Shown piece by piece: positions 8,606-18,466 of a stretch of 64,000 nt of DNA. Both the position numbers and the translations under genes were made by a program. Origin of the DNA: Chloroflexota bacterium. GTDB lineage: Bacteria; Chloroflexota; UBA11872; VXOZ01. The first letter of the stretch is position 1; each line of letters begins with the position of its first letter. The notes beneath the pieces are model-generated. The model saw only the letters and a list, made by a program, of their open reading frames with translations, did no database searches and had not been told where the DNA came from. The DNA is taken from NCBI GenBank assembly GCA_965220045.1, contig OZ244803.1, positions 1,136,196-1,200,195 of the forward strand. The letters run 5' to 3'.

Positions 8606-10442
8606 GCGCGGGCAACAGCCCCCACCTTCTGTGGCGTCCGATAGCAATAGGAAGCCGGACAAGCCTTCTGTGGAACTGGCGGACGAGGAGGAGCGAATCA
8701 AGGGCGAGATTGATCTCAAGATCATTGCCCGCCTCTTCGGCTATACGGCCGGTTTCCGCTGGCAAATTGCCGGTGGAATCATCGTGACCTTTACCTATAC
8801 CGTCGCCAGCGTCCTGCGGCCTTACTTGCTTAAGCTGGCTATCGACGGCCCGCTTGCAAGCGGTGATTTGCGAGGGCTTGACATACTTGCCCTATTGTAT
8901 CTATTTGCCGGTCTCGTGCTCTTTGGCGCCATGGGAGCGCGCAAGTGGATCATTAGCTGGCTGGGCCAACAGTTGCTCTTCTCAGTGCGCCAAGGGCTCT
9001 TTGAGCACCTCCAACGCCTGGGGCTGGGCTTCTACGACCGCAACCGCGCCGGGCGCATCATCACTCGTGTCACCAGTGACGTGCGAGACATCAATCGACT
9101 GGTGACGGAAGGCATCGTAAACACGGCCACTGACCTCTTTGTTTTGGTGGGAATCCTCTTCATGATGCTTTACATGCACTGGCAGCTTGCGCTGTTTACC
9201 TTCATCGTGCTGCCCGGTCTCATTGCGGTGGCATTCTTCTTCAAGGGCAAGTCCCGCAGCGCCTGGCGTCTTGCGCGGGAAGATCGCAGCGTGATGAACG
9301 GCAACTTTGCTGAGAGTATCCTCGGCGTACGGGTGACCCAGGCGTACTCGCGTCAAATGGAAAACCTGCAGCGCTTTCAGTCCCTCAGCGATCGCTACGT
9401 CGGCTCCATGCTCAAGGCGAACGGACTTGCGGCTGCGTTTTCTCCCACAGTGAGCATCATCAACGCGGTTGCCATTGTAATCATCATCTGGTTTGGCGGC
9501 GTTGCCGTTGTCCAGGATACGATTTCATTGGGAGTCCTCGTGGCCTTCCTCAGTTACGTGCAACGCTTCTTCCAACCGTTACAGAGCATATCGTCACGAT
9601 TCAATCAAATGCAGTCGGCGATGGCGGCGAGCGAGCGAGTGTTCGCGCTGCTCGACCAGGAACCGGATGTCGTCAACGCGCCGGATGCCAAGGCTCTGCC
9701 GGCGGTACGGGGTCATGTTCGCTTCGATGATGTCGTCTTTGCCTATGTGGAGGATACGCCTGTCCTGCACGGCATATCTCTGGAGGCCCGACCGGGCGAG
9801 CTCATCGCCATCGTGGGACACACGGGTGCGGGCAAGACCTCGATCATCAACGTGCTGTGCCGGTTTTACGATATTCAATCCGGTGCGGTGACTATCGACG
9901 GCTCGAATATTGGCGATGTTACCCTCGAGAGCCTGCGCGGTCAGATTGGGCTCGTACTGCAGGAGCCGTTCCTCTTTTCCGGTACGGTCAAGGAGAACAT
10001 CCGCTACGGCAGGCTCGATGCGACGGACGAGGAGATCGTGGAGGCGGCCAAGGCGGTGCGTCTCCATGACTTTGTGGAATCTCAACCCTTCCGCTATGAG
10101 ACGCTGGTTGGCGAGCGGGGCACGCAACTCTCAATCGGCCAGCGGCAATTGCTCTCATTCGCGCGGGCCTTGCTTGCCGACCCACGCATACTCGTACTCG
10201 ATGAGGCGACGTCCAGCGTGGATACGGAAACGGAGCAACAGATCCAAGAAGCCCTGGCGCTTCTCCTGCGCGGCAGGACGAGTTTTGTCATCGCCCACCG
10301 TCTCTCCACCATCCAAAACGCCGACCAAGTCATCGTGATGGATAGAGGTAAGATTGTGGAACAGGGCACCCACCAGGAGTTGCTTAAGCAACGGGGCAGC
10401 TACTTTCAGCTCTACACGATGCAGTTTGCGGACCAGGAATAA
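8598..10442 (+). CDS. Heterodimeric ABC exporter half with consensus catalytic residues (TM288-like)
   Basis: GHTGAGKT, LSIGQRQ, LDEATS, IAHRLST; start overlaps the partner's stop. Confidence 0.92.
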   Translation: MAERGQQPPPSVASDSNRKPDKPSVELADEEERIKGEIDLKIIARLFGYTAGFRWQIAGGIIVTFTYTVASVLRPYLLKLAIDGPLASGDLRGLDILALLYLFAGLVLFGAMGARKWIISWLGQQLLFSVRQGLFEHLQRLGLGFYDRNRAGRIITRVTSDVRDINRLVTEGIVNTATDLFVLVGILFMMLYMHWQLALFTFIVLPGLIAVAFFFKGKSRSAWRLAREDRSVMNGNFAESILGVRVTQAYSRQMENLQRFQSLSDRYVGSMLKANGLAAAFSPTVSIINAVAIVIIIWFGGVAVVQDTISLGVLVAFLSYVQRFFQPLQSISSRFNQMQSAMAASERVFALLDQEPDVVNAPDAKALPAVRGHVRFDDVVFAYVEDTPVLHGISLEARPGELIAIVGHTGAGKTSIINVLCRFYDIQSGAVTIDGSNIGDVTLESLRGQIGLVLQEPFLFSGTVKENIRYGRLDATDEEIVEAAKAVRLHDFVESQPFRYETLVGERGTQLSIGQRQLLSFARALLADPRILVLDEATSSVDTETEQQIQEALALLLRGRTSFVIAHRLSTIQNADQVIVMDRGKIVEQGTHQELLKQRGSYFQLYTMQFADQE

Positions 10443-10677
10443 GTTCCCTGATAGAGATTCTCGATTAGGCTGAGACCCAGCGCCCAAAGTGGTCTTTGGT
10501 CGAGGGCTTCCCGCTACGCAGGCCGCTTCGTTACCCGAATGCCGGCGTCAGCCGGCGTGCGGGGGCCGGGACCTGAGCACGGCAGGCGATTCTCAAAAGA
10601 GGATGACGCATCCGCCCTACCGTCGGCGACGGCAACGCAGTCACTCCGGCCGGGAAGTAGCGTCCTGCCCGGGGCGC

Positions 10678-11595
10678 TCAGGACGAAGTCGGCGCATCCT
10701 GCCGCTCCTGTTTCCGCAACAGGCCGAATGCAAGCACCGCCAAGAGCGTCAGCGGCACGAGTCCCGTGATGCCGAGCGGAGCGCGAACGAGCGAATCGGT
10801 GTCCAGCAATAAGAGGAGCGGCAGCCCGGCAACGGCATTGATGAGGCCGTGTCCAAAGGCGGCAGCCAGGACGCTCCCTGCCGCGAGACGCAGCCACGTG
10901 ATAATGACACTCCAACCAAGCGTAAACCAGACCATGAAAACCATGCCCAGCCAGGGGTGTTCGGGATAGTTGTATCCCATGAAGATGGCCGGCGCGTGCC
11001 AGATGCCCCAGATGATGCCGATGAGCAAGCTCGCGCGCGCCATGCCAAGTGGCGCCAGTTTCGCCAGCAGATAGCCGCGCCAGCCGAGTTCTTCACCAAG
11101 GGCAAAGAGGCTGTTAAGCACCGCCGCCAGCGTAAAAGCGGTGACAATGTTGATGAACACCACCAAGATTGGGTCGTTGAAGGGGTAGGGCTGGTCGGCA
11201 AGCTCGCTCCGCAGCGGTTCAAGCGGCGTGTTCACTTCCTGAATGCCGAGTCCGACGCTAAGTCCCATCGCGGCGATCAGGAACAGAAGTACGAAGAAGT
11301 AGATGCTGGCGTATCGTTCCAGGTTGCCACGCCGTACGCCGAGTTCTTTCCTGGACATGGGCGTCACATAGCGGCTGCATACGATTGCGGCAACGCCCGG
11401 TCCCCACATGGCGAGCAGAGAGCCTACCGTAAACACGAAAAGGTTTTCCAGCCCGCCCAACAGGTAGACAACCGCCCATATTCCCCAGGTCAGGCCGAAT
11501 GCTAAGCCGAGAAATATGCCAAGGCTCCTCCACTCAAGCGGAGGTGTGGCGGGGGTCTGTTCAGACTGTTCTACAGGCGGCTCACTTGCTTGCAT
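10678..11595 (-). CDS. CPBP (CAAX/Abi) family intramembrane glutamic endopeptidase
   Basis: GEELGWRG, WGIWH, HGLIN motifs; multiple TM segments. Start uncertain (11595 or 11652). Confidence 0.9.
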   Translation of the reverse strand: MQASEPPVEQSEQTPATPPLEWRSLGIFLGLAFGLTWGIWAVVYLLGGLENLFVFTVGSLLAMWGPGVAAIVCSRYVTPMSRKELGVRRGNLERYASIYFFVLLFLIAAMGLSVGLGIQEVNTPLEPLRSELADQPYPFNDPILVVFINIVTAFTLAAVLNSLFALGEELGWRGYLLAKLAPLGMARASLLIGIIWGIWHAPAIFMGYNYPEHPWLGMVFMVWFTLGWSVIITWLRLAAGSVLAAAFGHGLINAVAGLPLLLLLDTDSLVRAPLGITGLVPLTLLAVLAFGLLRKQERQDAPTSS

Positions 11596-11606
11596 TCTGA
11601 AGTGCT

Positions 11607-12707
11607 CTACCGTTGCAGGATGGCGGGTCGGGCGATGGTCTTGCCCTGCCACTCAACCGCATGCTTCGGCCAGTCTGCGGAAGCCGCCGAGAGCACTTCG
11701 ATACCGTGCTCGGTTACGAGGGTCGTATCCTCGCTCTTGACACCCGCAATGCTGGGATTCCACGCAAAGGCCTGATTCAACTGAATCACCTCATCGTTGG
11801 CGGGTGATGCTTTGTAGTCCCGAGACTCGTAGCCACACGCGCCTCCCTGATGGTGGAACCGCCATTCGTCCTCGTAGCCGGCCTTGGCATATTCATTCAC
11901 GGCTTCAGCAAAGACGTCCCTCGCGGGGCGGCCCGGTACCGAACCGAGAATGAAGGCCGCGTCAACCTGCGCGCAGGCGGCTGACTTTTCCTGAATTTCC
12001 TGCGGAATGTCTCCGAAGTGCACGAGGCGCGAGACGGAGCAGATGAGGCCGTGCTGGCGGGCGCACAGTACAAGCATGGCATACCTATCCAGTACTTGCG
12101 CGGTGGGAATGGGATGCCGATAGCGGAAGATGCGTTCATCGGTCGCGACGAGGGTGAGCGCCGCCTGAATCCCCTGGGAAATGGCTTTGCCGGCTATGAG
12201 GCTGGCGATGGCGTGCTCCGTCATGCCGGGAGCGACTTCGTGAGCAACCGACTCAAGCGCTTGTGCGGCTGCTTGTCCCAGCGCGCGGTACCGCTCGATC
12301 TCTTGGGGCAAGAGCTGGTAGCGCAAACGCGCAATGTCACCCGATAGCTTCTGCGCGCCCCGGATGTCGCAGTCGGCGCCGGTGCGCTTGCTCTGCGCGA
12401 CCGTATTCCAGTGGACCACTTGCGCACGGTCTACGTGCCAGTAGGGCGCAACCGGAGTCCACTCCGGTGGCACAAGGCCTTCTTCCACTTGGAAACGCGG
12501 CATCTCGATGCGGTCGGCCACCAGGGACTTCTCATCGGGCGTGTAGATCAGGTGGGCGCCGGCATGCTCGGTGGCAATCATGATGAAGCCATCGCGTCCT
12601 CCCGTCGCCCAGGCGAAGTTGGCCACACGACCGAGAACGAGAGCGTCGAGATTCCGGTCAGCCAGGAAGTGGGCAATGCGTTCGTGTTTGGCTTCTATTT
12701 CATTCAT
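11607..12707 (-). CDS. M24 family metallopeptidase (Xaa-Pro aminopeptidase-like)
   Basis: RYRHP, HHQGG…GYESR, AWNPSI-GVKSEDT; real start taken as MNEIEAK. Confidence 0.85.
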   Translation of the reverse strand: MNEIEAKHERIAHFLADRNLDALVLGRVANFAWATGGRDGFIMIATEHAGAHLIYTPDEKSLVADRIEMPRFQVEEGLVPPEWTPVAPYWHVDRAQVVHWNTVAQSKRTGADCDIRGAQKLSGDIARLRYQLLPQEIERYRALGQAAAQALESVAHEVAPGMTEHAIASLIAGKAISQGIQAALTLVATDERIFRYRHPIPTAQVLDRYAMLVLCARQHGLICSVSRLVHFGDIPQEIQEKSAACAQVDAAFILGSVPGRPARDVFAEAVNEYAKAGYEDEWRFHHQGGACGYESRDYKASPANDEVIQLNQAFAWNPSIAGVKSEDTTLVTEHGIEVLSAASADWPKHAVEWQGKTIARPAILQR

Positions 12708-12798
12708 CGTTTGAATTCCTCTCGCAGAGTGCTGTTCTTTCATTTCGGCGAGTCCGATTGGTTTCCCGAACCAGACGCTGGAGTTCGGCAACGGGCGC

Positions 12799-13416
12799 CT
12801 AGGCGTCTGCTGCATATTGTCGTATGAAAGCCATGGCTTTCTCAAGGGCGCGGGAGCGGTGGCTGATGCGGTTCTTCTCACTGGATGAGAGCTCGGCCAT
12901 GGTTCTATTCTCGTGAGGAAGATAGAATACCGGGTCATAGCCAAACCCGCCGCTGCCACGAGGCTCGTGTGCGATGATCCCTTCACACGCACCGCTTGCG
13001 GTAAACAGCACTGAGTCGGCGAGAGCAAGCGCTGCCACGCAGCGAAATCGTGCCGTGCGCTGCGGGTGGGGAACGTCCTTGAGTTCCTGCAGCAGCTTCC
13101 TGGTGTTGGTGCTGGCGTCACCTTGGGGTCCGCCGTAACGCTTCGAGAGCACGCCCGGCCTGCCGCCAAGCGCGTCAACTTCCAACCCGGAGTCCTCTCC
13201 CAGCACGAGCAGCGACGTCTGTGCCGCGACACACAGCGCCTTGTGACGGGCGTTATCAAGAAAAGTTTCGTACGGCTCGTCAGAAGGCAGCGACAAGCCG
13301 AGGTCGCTTGCGGTTACCGGTGTTAAGCAAATGTCCCGCAGGAGGTGCTGGAATTCAACCACTTTGCCGGGATTGCCCGTAGCAAGAACGAGAAGCGGGT
13401 GTTTCTGACTTGGCAT
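12799..13416 (-). CDS. rdgB: Non-canonical purine NTP pyrophosphatase (RdgB/HAM1)
   Basis: ATGNPGK, EDSGLEVDAL, GFGYDPVF, EKNRISHR. Confidence 0.93.
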   Translation of the reverse strand: MPSQKHPLLVLATGNPGKVVEFQHLLRDICLTPVTASDLGLSLPSDEPYETFLDNARHKALCVAAQTSLLVLGEDSGLEVDALGGRPGVLSKRYGGPQGDASTNTRKLLQELKDVPHPQRTARFRCVAALALADSVLFTASGACEGIIAHEPRGSGGFGYDPVFYLPHENRTMAELSSSEKNRISHRSRALEKAMAFIRQYAADA

Positions 13417-13790
13417 AGATTCTCCAGCGACGGCCTTTTGAAACGGGGTGGCGCAAGACCCGGATTCTGACCCATCAAATGCACAATTCGACAGGCGATC
13501 GATTCTAGTGCCCTAGTCACGTTTGAGCTAGGCCCGCCGACTATAGGATAGCAAGAGACTTGGATGCGGACTAACTCGTGGCGGCAGCGTGCGCGCTCTT
13601 GGCAGTTGTGCGGCGTGGGGCATGATACGGGACCGACGCACTAAGCGGAGGGGGGAGAATCTCTGGTGGGGAGCACCGGCGCCACTGTGAACTGACTATG
13701 TCGCAATTCCGGAGTTTGGAGGCTGGTTGCTCCTGGCCGTGGACTATCGCGTTTTGGCGGCTTCCCCGGCGGAGCCACCACGGGCACGGA

Positions 13791-15179
13791 CTACCGCGCA
13801 GGTTGCAAAATATGCCAAACGCTGGCGATCTCTTGCTGCAACTCTGTGTTGTGCTCAAGCTCTTTGCTAATCTTGTCGCAGCCATACATCACCGTGGTAT
13901 GGTCGCGGCCACCGAGAATTCTGCCGACTTCCGGCAGCGAAACTTGTGTTTCTTCCCGCATCATGTACATCGCTATCTGGCGCGGCCGCGCGATGGACTT
14001 ATCACGCTTGGGCCCGATGAGGTCTGCCACCTGCACGCGGAAGTGCGTGGCGACGGCGTTGAGGATCTGTTCGGGCCTAAAGGCGTCTTTGCGTACATTG
14101 AAGAGCAGTCCATCCAGGACTTCCGTTGCCAATTCCTGGGACGGCTGCTGGTCATTCAACTTCGCGAATGCCAGGAGTCGTGTCAGGGCCCCTTCGAGTT
14201 CTCTCACATTACTAACGAGATGCGTTGCCAGGAACTCCAGCACCTCATCCGAGACGACCGCCTCTTCCTCCTCGGCCCGCTTGCTCAGTATCGCGATGCG
14301 CGTCTCAAGGTCCGGGGGTTGAATATCCGCGATCAATCCCCATATAAAGCGGCTGCGCAGGCGTTCGGTGAGGGTCTCAATGCTATTTGGCTGCCGGTCG
14401 CTGGAAAGCACGATTTGCTTGCCGAATTCATGGTATGCGTTAAACGTATGGAAGAACTCCTCTTGTGTTTGCTCCTTGCCGGCGAGAAACTGCACATCGT
14501 CAATGAGAATGATGTCTGCGCTGCGGTAGCGATCGCGGAATTCATCGATACGCTTATTCTTGATGGCGCGAATGAACTCGTTCGTAAATGTCTCGCATGT
14601 CACGTAGACGATATGGCGGTTGGGCTGGGCCTGCATCACTTCATTGCTGATGGCGTGCAGTAAGTGGGTTTTGCCGAGACCCGCGCCTCCGTAAATGAAC
14701 AGGGGATTATACGCTTCTGCGGGGCGTTCCGCCACCGCTTGTGCGGCCGCCGCTGCCAAGCGGTTTCCCGCGCCAATCACGAACCGATCAAACGTGAATT
14801 TTGTGTTGACCATCCCCTGTGTGTTCGGATCGCGTGGCAACCGTGTCTGCGCAACATCCGGGGGGATAGGCGCCGGTGCCGCCGAACCATCGGCAGAGGA
14901 GTCCTGCCGGGCCTGCGCGGAAGCGGTTGAGGATACCTCGTAAACTACCGAGACCTCCTGTTGACAAAGCCGTGCCAGGATTTGCTCTACCAAGGCGTGG
15001 TAGTTCCTCTCCACCACCTCTTTGGCAAAGGTGTTGGGTACGCCAACCCTAAAGGGGGCGCCGTTAGCGTCAATGAGGTGGGTATTTCGAAGCCAAGCCG
15101 AATACTGTCCGCGCGGTACTTCCAGTTCAAGTTCCCCGAGGACAGTCTGCCAGAGCGTTCGCGGTTTTAAAGTAGACAT
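13791..15179 (-). CDS. dnaA: Chromosomal replication initiator DnaA
   Basis: FTFDRFV, YNPLFIYGGAGLGKTHL, DDVQFL, NVRELEGA, RQIAMY, GGRDHTTV. Confidence 0.97.
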   Translation of the reverse strand: MSTLKPRTLWQTVLGELELEVPRGQYSAWLRNTHLIDANGAPFRVGVPNTFAKEVVERNYHALVEQILARLCQQEVSVVYEVSSTASAQARQDSSADGSAAPAPIPPDVAQTRLPRDPNTQGMVNTKFTFDRFVIGAGNRLAAAAAQAVAERPAEAYNPLFIYGGAGLGKTHLLHAISNEVMQAQPNRHIVYVTCETFTNEFIRAIKNKRIDEFRDRYRSADIILIDDVQFLAGKEQTQEEFFHTFNAYHEFGKQIVLSSDRQPNSIETLTERLRSRFIWGLIADIQPPDLETRIAILSKRAEEEEAVVSDEVLEFLATHLVSNVRELEGALTRLLAFAKLNDQQPSQELATEVLDGLLFNVRKDAFRPEQILNAVATHFRVQVADLIGPKRDKSIARPRQIAMYMMREETQVSLPEVGRILGGRDHTTVMYGCDKISKELEHNTELQQEIASVWHILQPAR

Positions 15180-15548
15180 AGAGAAGGGGAGCTAAGGGAG
15201 GGGCTCTATCGCTAAGCAGACATGCTATCAAATCCCCATGCTGAGGGCAAGCATAGACTGTCTATCTGTCGTGCCCCGAATTCTCGGAGACTGTGCCCTC
15301 TCCGCCGATCCGGTGACGCCAGCGGCTGAGGTGATCTGGGCTCTCGGTCAGGAGGACGAAACGCGGAAATCCTGTGAGACGGAGAGGGAGCGAGCGCAAT
15401 TCACCGCTTGCCGCGCAATTGAGGAAAGAGCCAATGTGGGTGCCGCTTCGTTGAGTAAAGTGGGTTGAAATCCGCTCGAATCTCTGTCATAGTGAAACTA
15501 GTGTATGCGCAGTGGCAGGAATTCCCGTCAGGCAAGAAAGAGGAAGCA

Positions 15549-15887
15549 ATGGCTGATCCAATTGCGGTGACAGATGACAGCTTTACGAAAGACGTCACGG
15601 AATCTACACTCCCTGTCGTCGTTGACTTCTGGGCATCATGGTGCGGTCCTTGCAAGATGGTAGAACCTATCGTCAAGGAGCTCGCCAATGAGCTTGAGGG
15701 TAGGGTGGTGTTTGCCAAAGTCAATACGGACGACAATCTGGAGACTCCTACGCGTCTTGGCGTGCAGGGCATCCCCACGCTTATCTTCTTCCGCGACGGC
15801 CAGGAGGTTGGGAGAGTCGTAGGATTTCGGCCAAAGGCACAACTGCTTAAGGCCATCGAGGCCGATCTCTTGCAGACCGCGTCCTAG
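15549..15887 (+). CDS. trxA: Thioredoxin
   Basis: VDFWASWCGPCK, IPTL; GAGG SD before ATG 15549. Confidence 0.95.
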   Translation: MADPIAVTDDSFTKDVTESTLPVVVDFWASWCGPCKMVEPIVKELANELEGRVVFAKVNTDDNLETPTRLGVQGIPTLIFFRDGQEVGRVVGFRPKAQLLKAIEADLLQTAS

Positions 15888-15921
15888 GGGCACAACGGGA
15901 GACAGGATTACGAATAAGAAG

Positions 15922-15955
15922 AAGCTAGCCGGCTCGCATGAACCGGCTAGCTTTT
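15922..15955. terminator. Intrinsic terminator after trxA (likely bidirectional)
   Basis: AAGCTAGCCGG…CCGGCTAGCTTTT. Confidence 0.8.
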
Positions 15956-16032
15956 CGATTCCAAGTTGGATTGCCTGACGTACGCCTGCTCAGGAGCAAT
16001 GAGGCAGGGCGACTGGACAGGGATGTGGCAGC

Positions 16033-17577
16033 CTACTCCCCTTGAGCGACGTCCAGAATCATCGTGTGGATCAACTGCTCGACCGGGGCGAGGTCGTCAG
16101 TAAACACCTGCGTCTCGACGCTGGAGAGTTCGCGATAATGTTCCGACGCTACGGCGAGAACCACGCGCAAGCGATCGTCAACGTCCTGGCTGACGAGTAG
16201 CGGCTGTATGTTATCGAGATAGTCCTGTGGTGTGCTTGACTGATTGGTAGCAACGACGATGCTGTTGATCGTGCCCGGAATATCAATAATGTAGACGTTC
16301 GGAAAAACTGCCTTCATTGTACCGGCTATTGTGTGGACCAAGCGAAAATCCGTCGACGTGCGCCCAACGTTTATCACCGCCACACCATTGGGCGTCAGCC
16401 GGTCGCGCACATGCTGGAAGTACTCCTTCGTGGTCATCTGAAACGGAATATACGGCTGTTGGTACGCATCCGTGCCGATCAGGTCGTACTTGCGGTCGTC
16501 CGTCATGAGAAAGTAGCGTCCGTCCTGCGCGACCACCTCGAGATTGGGCTCGGTCATGTCGAAGAACTGCCGACCGATCTCCACGATTTCGGGATCGATT
16601 TCAACGCCGACGATCTTGATCGGCCCGTAGATCTGCGTCATCTGCTTGGGCACCGTGCCCGCGCCAAGCCCGATCATCAGGACATGCTGCAGGTCGGCGG
16701 GCTTGACGTTGGGAGCGAAGAACGGCGCCGCCAGGTAATAGTCCCACGGCCCGCCCGTGAGCAGCCGTTCAGGATGATAGATCGAGTGCGTCGCCTGCCC
16801 TTCATTCAGCTCGAGCAAGCGCGTGCTGTCTTCGAGCTCGATCACGCGGATATAGTTGTAGGCCGATTCCGTTTCTTCGATAACGACTCCATTGTCCGCA
16901 GGCTTGATCGTCACTTGGGGCACAATTGTCAGCCCAACAAGCACAAGCACGAAGACGAGCGGGTACAGTTTCCTTCTCCCTAAGGCGATGATTGAGAGGA
17001 TAAGCAGGGCGAAGGCAAACGTCAGAAACGTATTGCGCGTGCCGATGTTGGGCACCAGCACGAGCGTGGGTAAGAAAGCGCCAAGTAAACTGCCGACGGT
17101 CGAAATCGCGTAAAGCTGGCCGGCCACGCTGCCTGATTGCCGCACGTCGCCATCTTCCAAGGTCAACCGAATGGCAAAAGGCGAAACACAGCCGAGCAAC
17201 GTAATCGGGACCGCAAGCAAGAGCAACACCACCAACAGTGAGCCCCAAAAGACGCCGAGAGAGTACGTGGCAAACGCGACTTGGGAGTACTGCAAAATGG
17301 GGCGGGAGACAAACGGCAGCACACCAATGAGCACCGCTGCTACCGCCGTCAACTGGTAGAGCACTTCCTCGCGGGGGTAGCGGTCGGCCAGACGACCGCC
17401 GAGATAGTAGCCAAGTGTCAGGTAGAGCAGCGTAAATCCAATGACGTTCGCCCAAACGAAGAGCGAAGTGCCGAAGAACGGGGCAATGAGCCGGGACAAA
17501 GCTATCTCCGTCCCTAAACTCGAAATACCGCCCACGAACACGATGAGGATAAGTAGGATGCGTGAAGTTCTCGACAT
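16033..17577 (-). CDS. Membrane-fused spermidine synthase-like SAM-binding protein
   Basis: N-terminal MFS-like TM block (APFFGTSLFVW, YYLGGRLADR); C-terminal IGLGAG, VEID, DGR, DAY. Confidence 0.85.
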   Translation of the reverse strand: MSRTSRILLILIVFVGGISSLGTEIALSRLIAPFFGTSLFVWANVIGFTLLYLTLGYYLGGRLADRYPREEVLYQLTAVAAVLIGVLPFVSRPILQYSQVAFATYSLGVFWGSLLVVLLLLAVPITLLGCVSPFAIRLTLEDGDVRQSGSVAGQLYAISTVGSLLGAFLPTLVLVPNIGTRNTFLTFAFALLILSIIALGRRKLYPLVFVLVLVGLTIVPQVTIKPADNGVVIEETESAYNYIRVIELEDSTRLLELNEGQATHSIYHPERLLTGGPWDYYLAAPFFAPNVKPADLQHVLMIGLGAGTVPKQMTQIYGPIKIVGVEIDPEIVEIGRQFFDMTEPNLEVVAQDGRYFLMTDDRKYDLIGTDAYQQPYIPFQMTTKEYFQHVRDRLTPNGVAVINVGRTSTDFRLVHTIAGTMKAVFPNVYIIDIPGTINSIVVATNQSSTPQDYLDNIQPLLVSQDVDDRLRVVLAVASEHYRELSSVETQVFTDDLAPVEQLIHTMILDVAQGE

Positions 17578-17615
17578 ACTAGCGTCTAAGGCTCCTCCCT
17601 GGCCGCAGGCCAGAA

Positions 17616-18425
17616 CTACGCTGTTTGAGCATTGCTATGCTGATGCTGCTGTCGCAGCCAAAGTGCGAGCAGGATACCGGCTGCCGCGACGATGATGCCG
17701 GTCACCTGCGCTTGCTTCAACTCCCAGAGGACGATCTCATTCAGCCGCCAATTGAAGATGATGATTTGCGCAACGGAGTATCCCACCAAGTAGAGTGCGA
17801 ATACCATGCCCGGCGTGCGGAAGCGATGCCGCAGCGGCCAGAGTATGGCAAAGATCACGGCATTGCCCAAGAGCTCATAGACTGCCGCCGGATGGTATGC
17901 AACGGAAGTGCTCGGCGCAAACGTCGCGGGATGGGTATACAAGAACGCCCATGGGAGATCGGATGGATAGCCGATGACGTCGCCATTCACAATGTTGCCG
18001 ATGCGGCCAATGCCCTGCGCAGGCAGCGCAAGTATGGCGGCAGCATCCAACACGGGCCACAGCCGTATGTTGGTGCGCCAGCACGTAATCAGGAGTGCAA
18101 TTACCACCCCAAAAATGCAACCGTAGAACGCCATGCCCCCTTCCCAGGTAGCGACTATGCGCCAGGGCTGCTCTAGGTAAGGGCCAAGGGGTTGCTGGAT
18201 GACATAGTAGAGTCGTCCGCCAATGAAGCCGGCGATGGCTGCCGGCCAAAAGAGCATGTTGATCTGATCGTCATTGATGCCGCGCTCGTTGGCGTACTTG
18301 CGGATGGTCCACACACCGGCCAAGATGCCCAGGACGTACATGAGCCCGTACCACCGGAATGCGATGGGCCCGAGGTGGACCAGGACAGGGTCCATGTGGA
18401 TGGTGATGACTGACGGTATGAGCAT
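17616..18425 (-). CDS. lgt: Prolipoprotein diacylglyceryl transferase (divergent)
   Basis: RWYGLMY, GGRLYYV, WEGGMAFYG, GRIGNIVNG, HP-YE. Confidence 0.88.
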   Translation of the reverse strand: MLIPSVITIHMDPVLVHLGPIAFRWYGLMYVLGILAGVWTIRKYANERGINDDQINMLFWPAAIAGFIGGRLYYVIQQPLGPYLEQPWRIVATWEGGMAFYGCIFGVVIALLITCWRTNIRLWPVLDAAAILALPAQGIGRIGNIVNGDVIGYPSDLPWAFLYTHPATFAPSTSVAYHPAAVYELLGNAVIFAILWPLRHRFRTPGMVFALYLVGYSVAQIIIFNWRLNEIVLWELKQAQVTGIIVAAAGILLALWLRQQHQHSNAQTA

Positions 18426-18466
18426 AGCTGTGTGAAGAGTGAACCCCTAAGTGGGAGTGACCTCGA

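Noticed and set aside
6815-12707. ABC exporter pair + CPBP protease + M24 peptidase as a RiPP/bacteriocin system
   Set aside because: No precursor peptide or modifying enzyme; the genes are convergent and the exporter looks like a generic TM287/288 type.
11607-13259. 550-aa ORF suggesting a fused M24 protein
   Set aside because: The N-terminal 183 aa overlap rdgB in another frame; the real start is at 12707.
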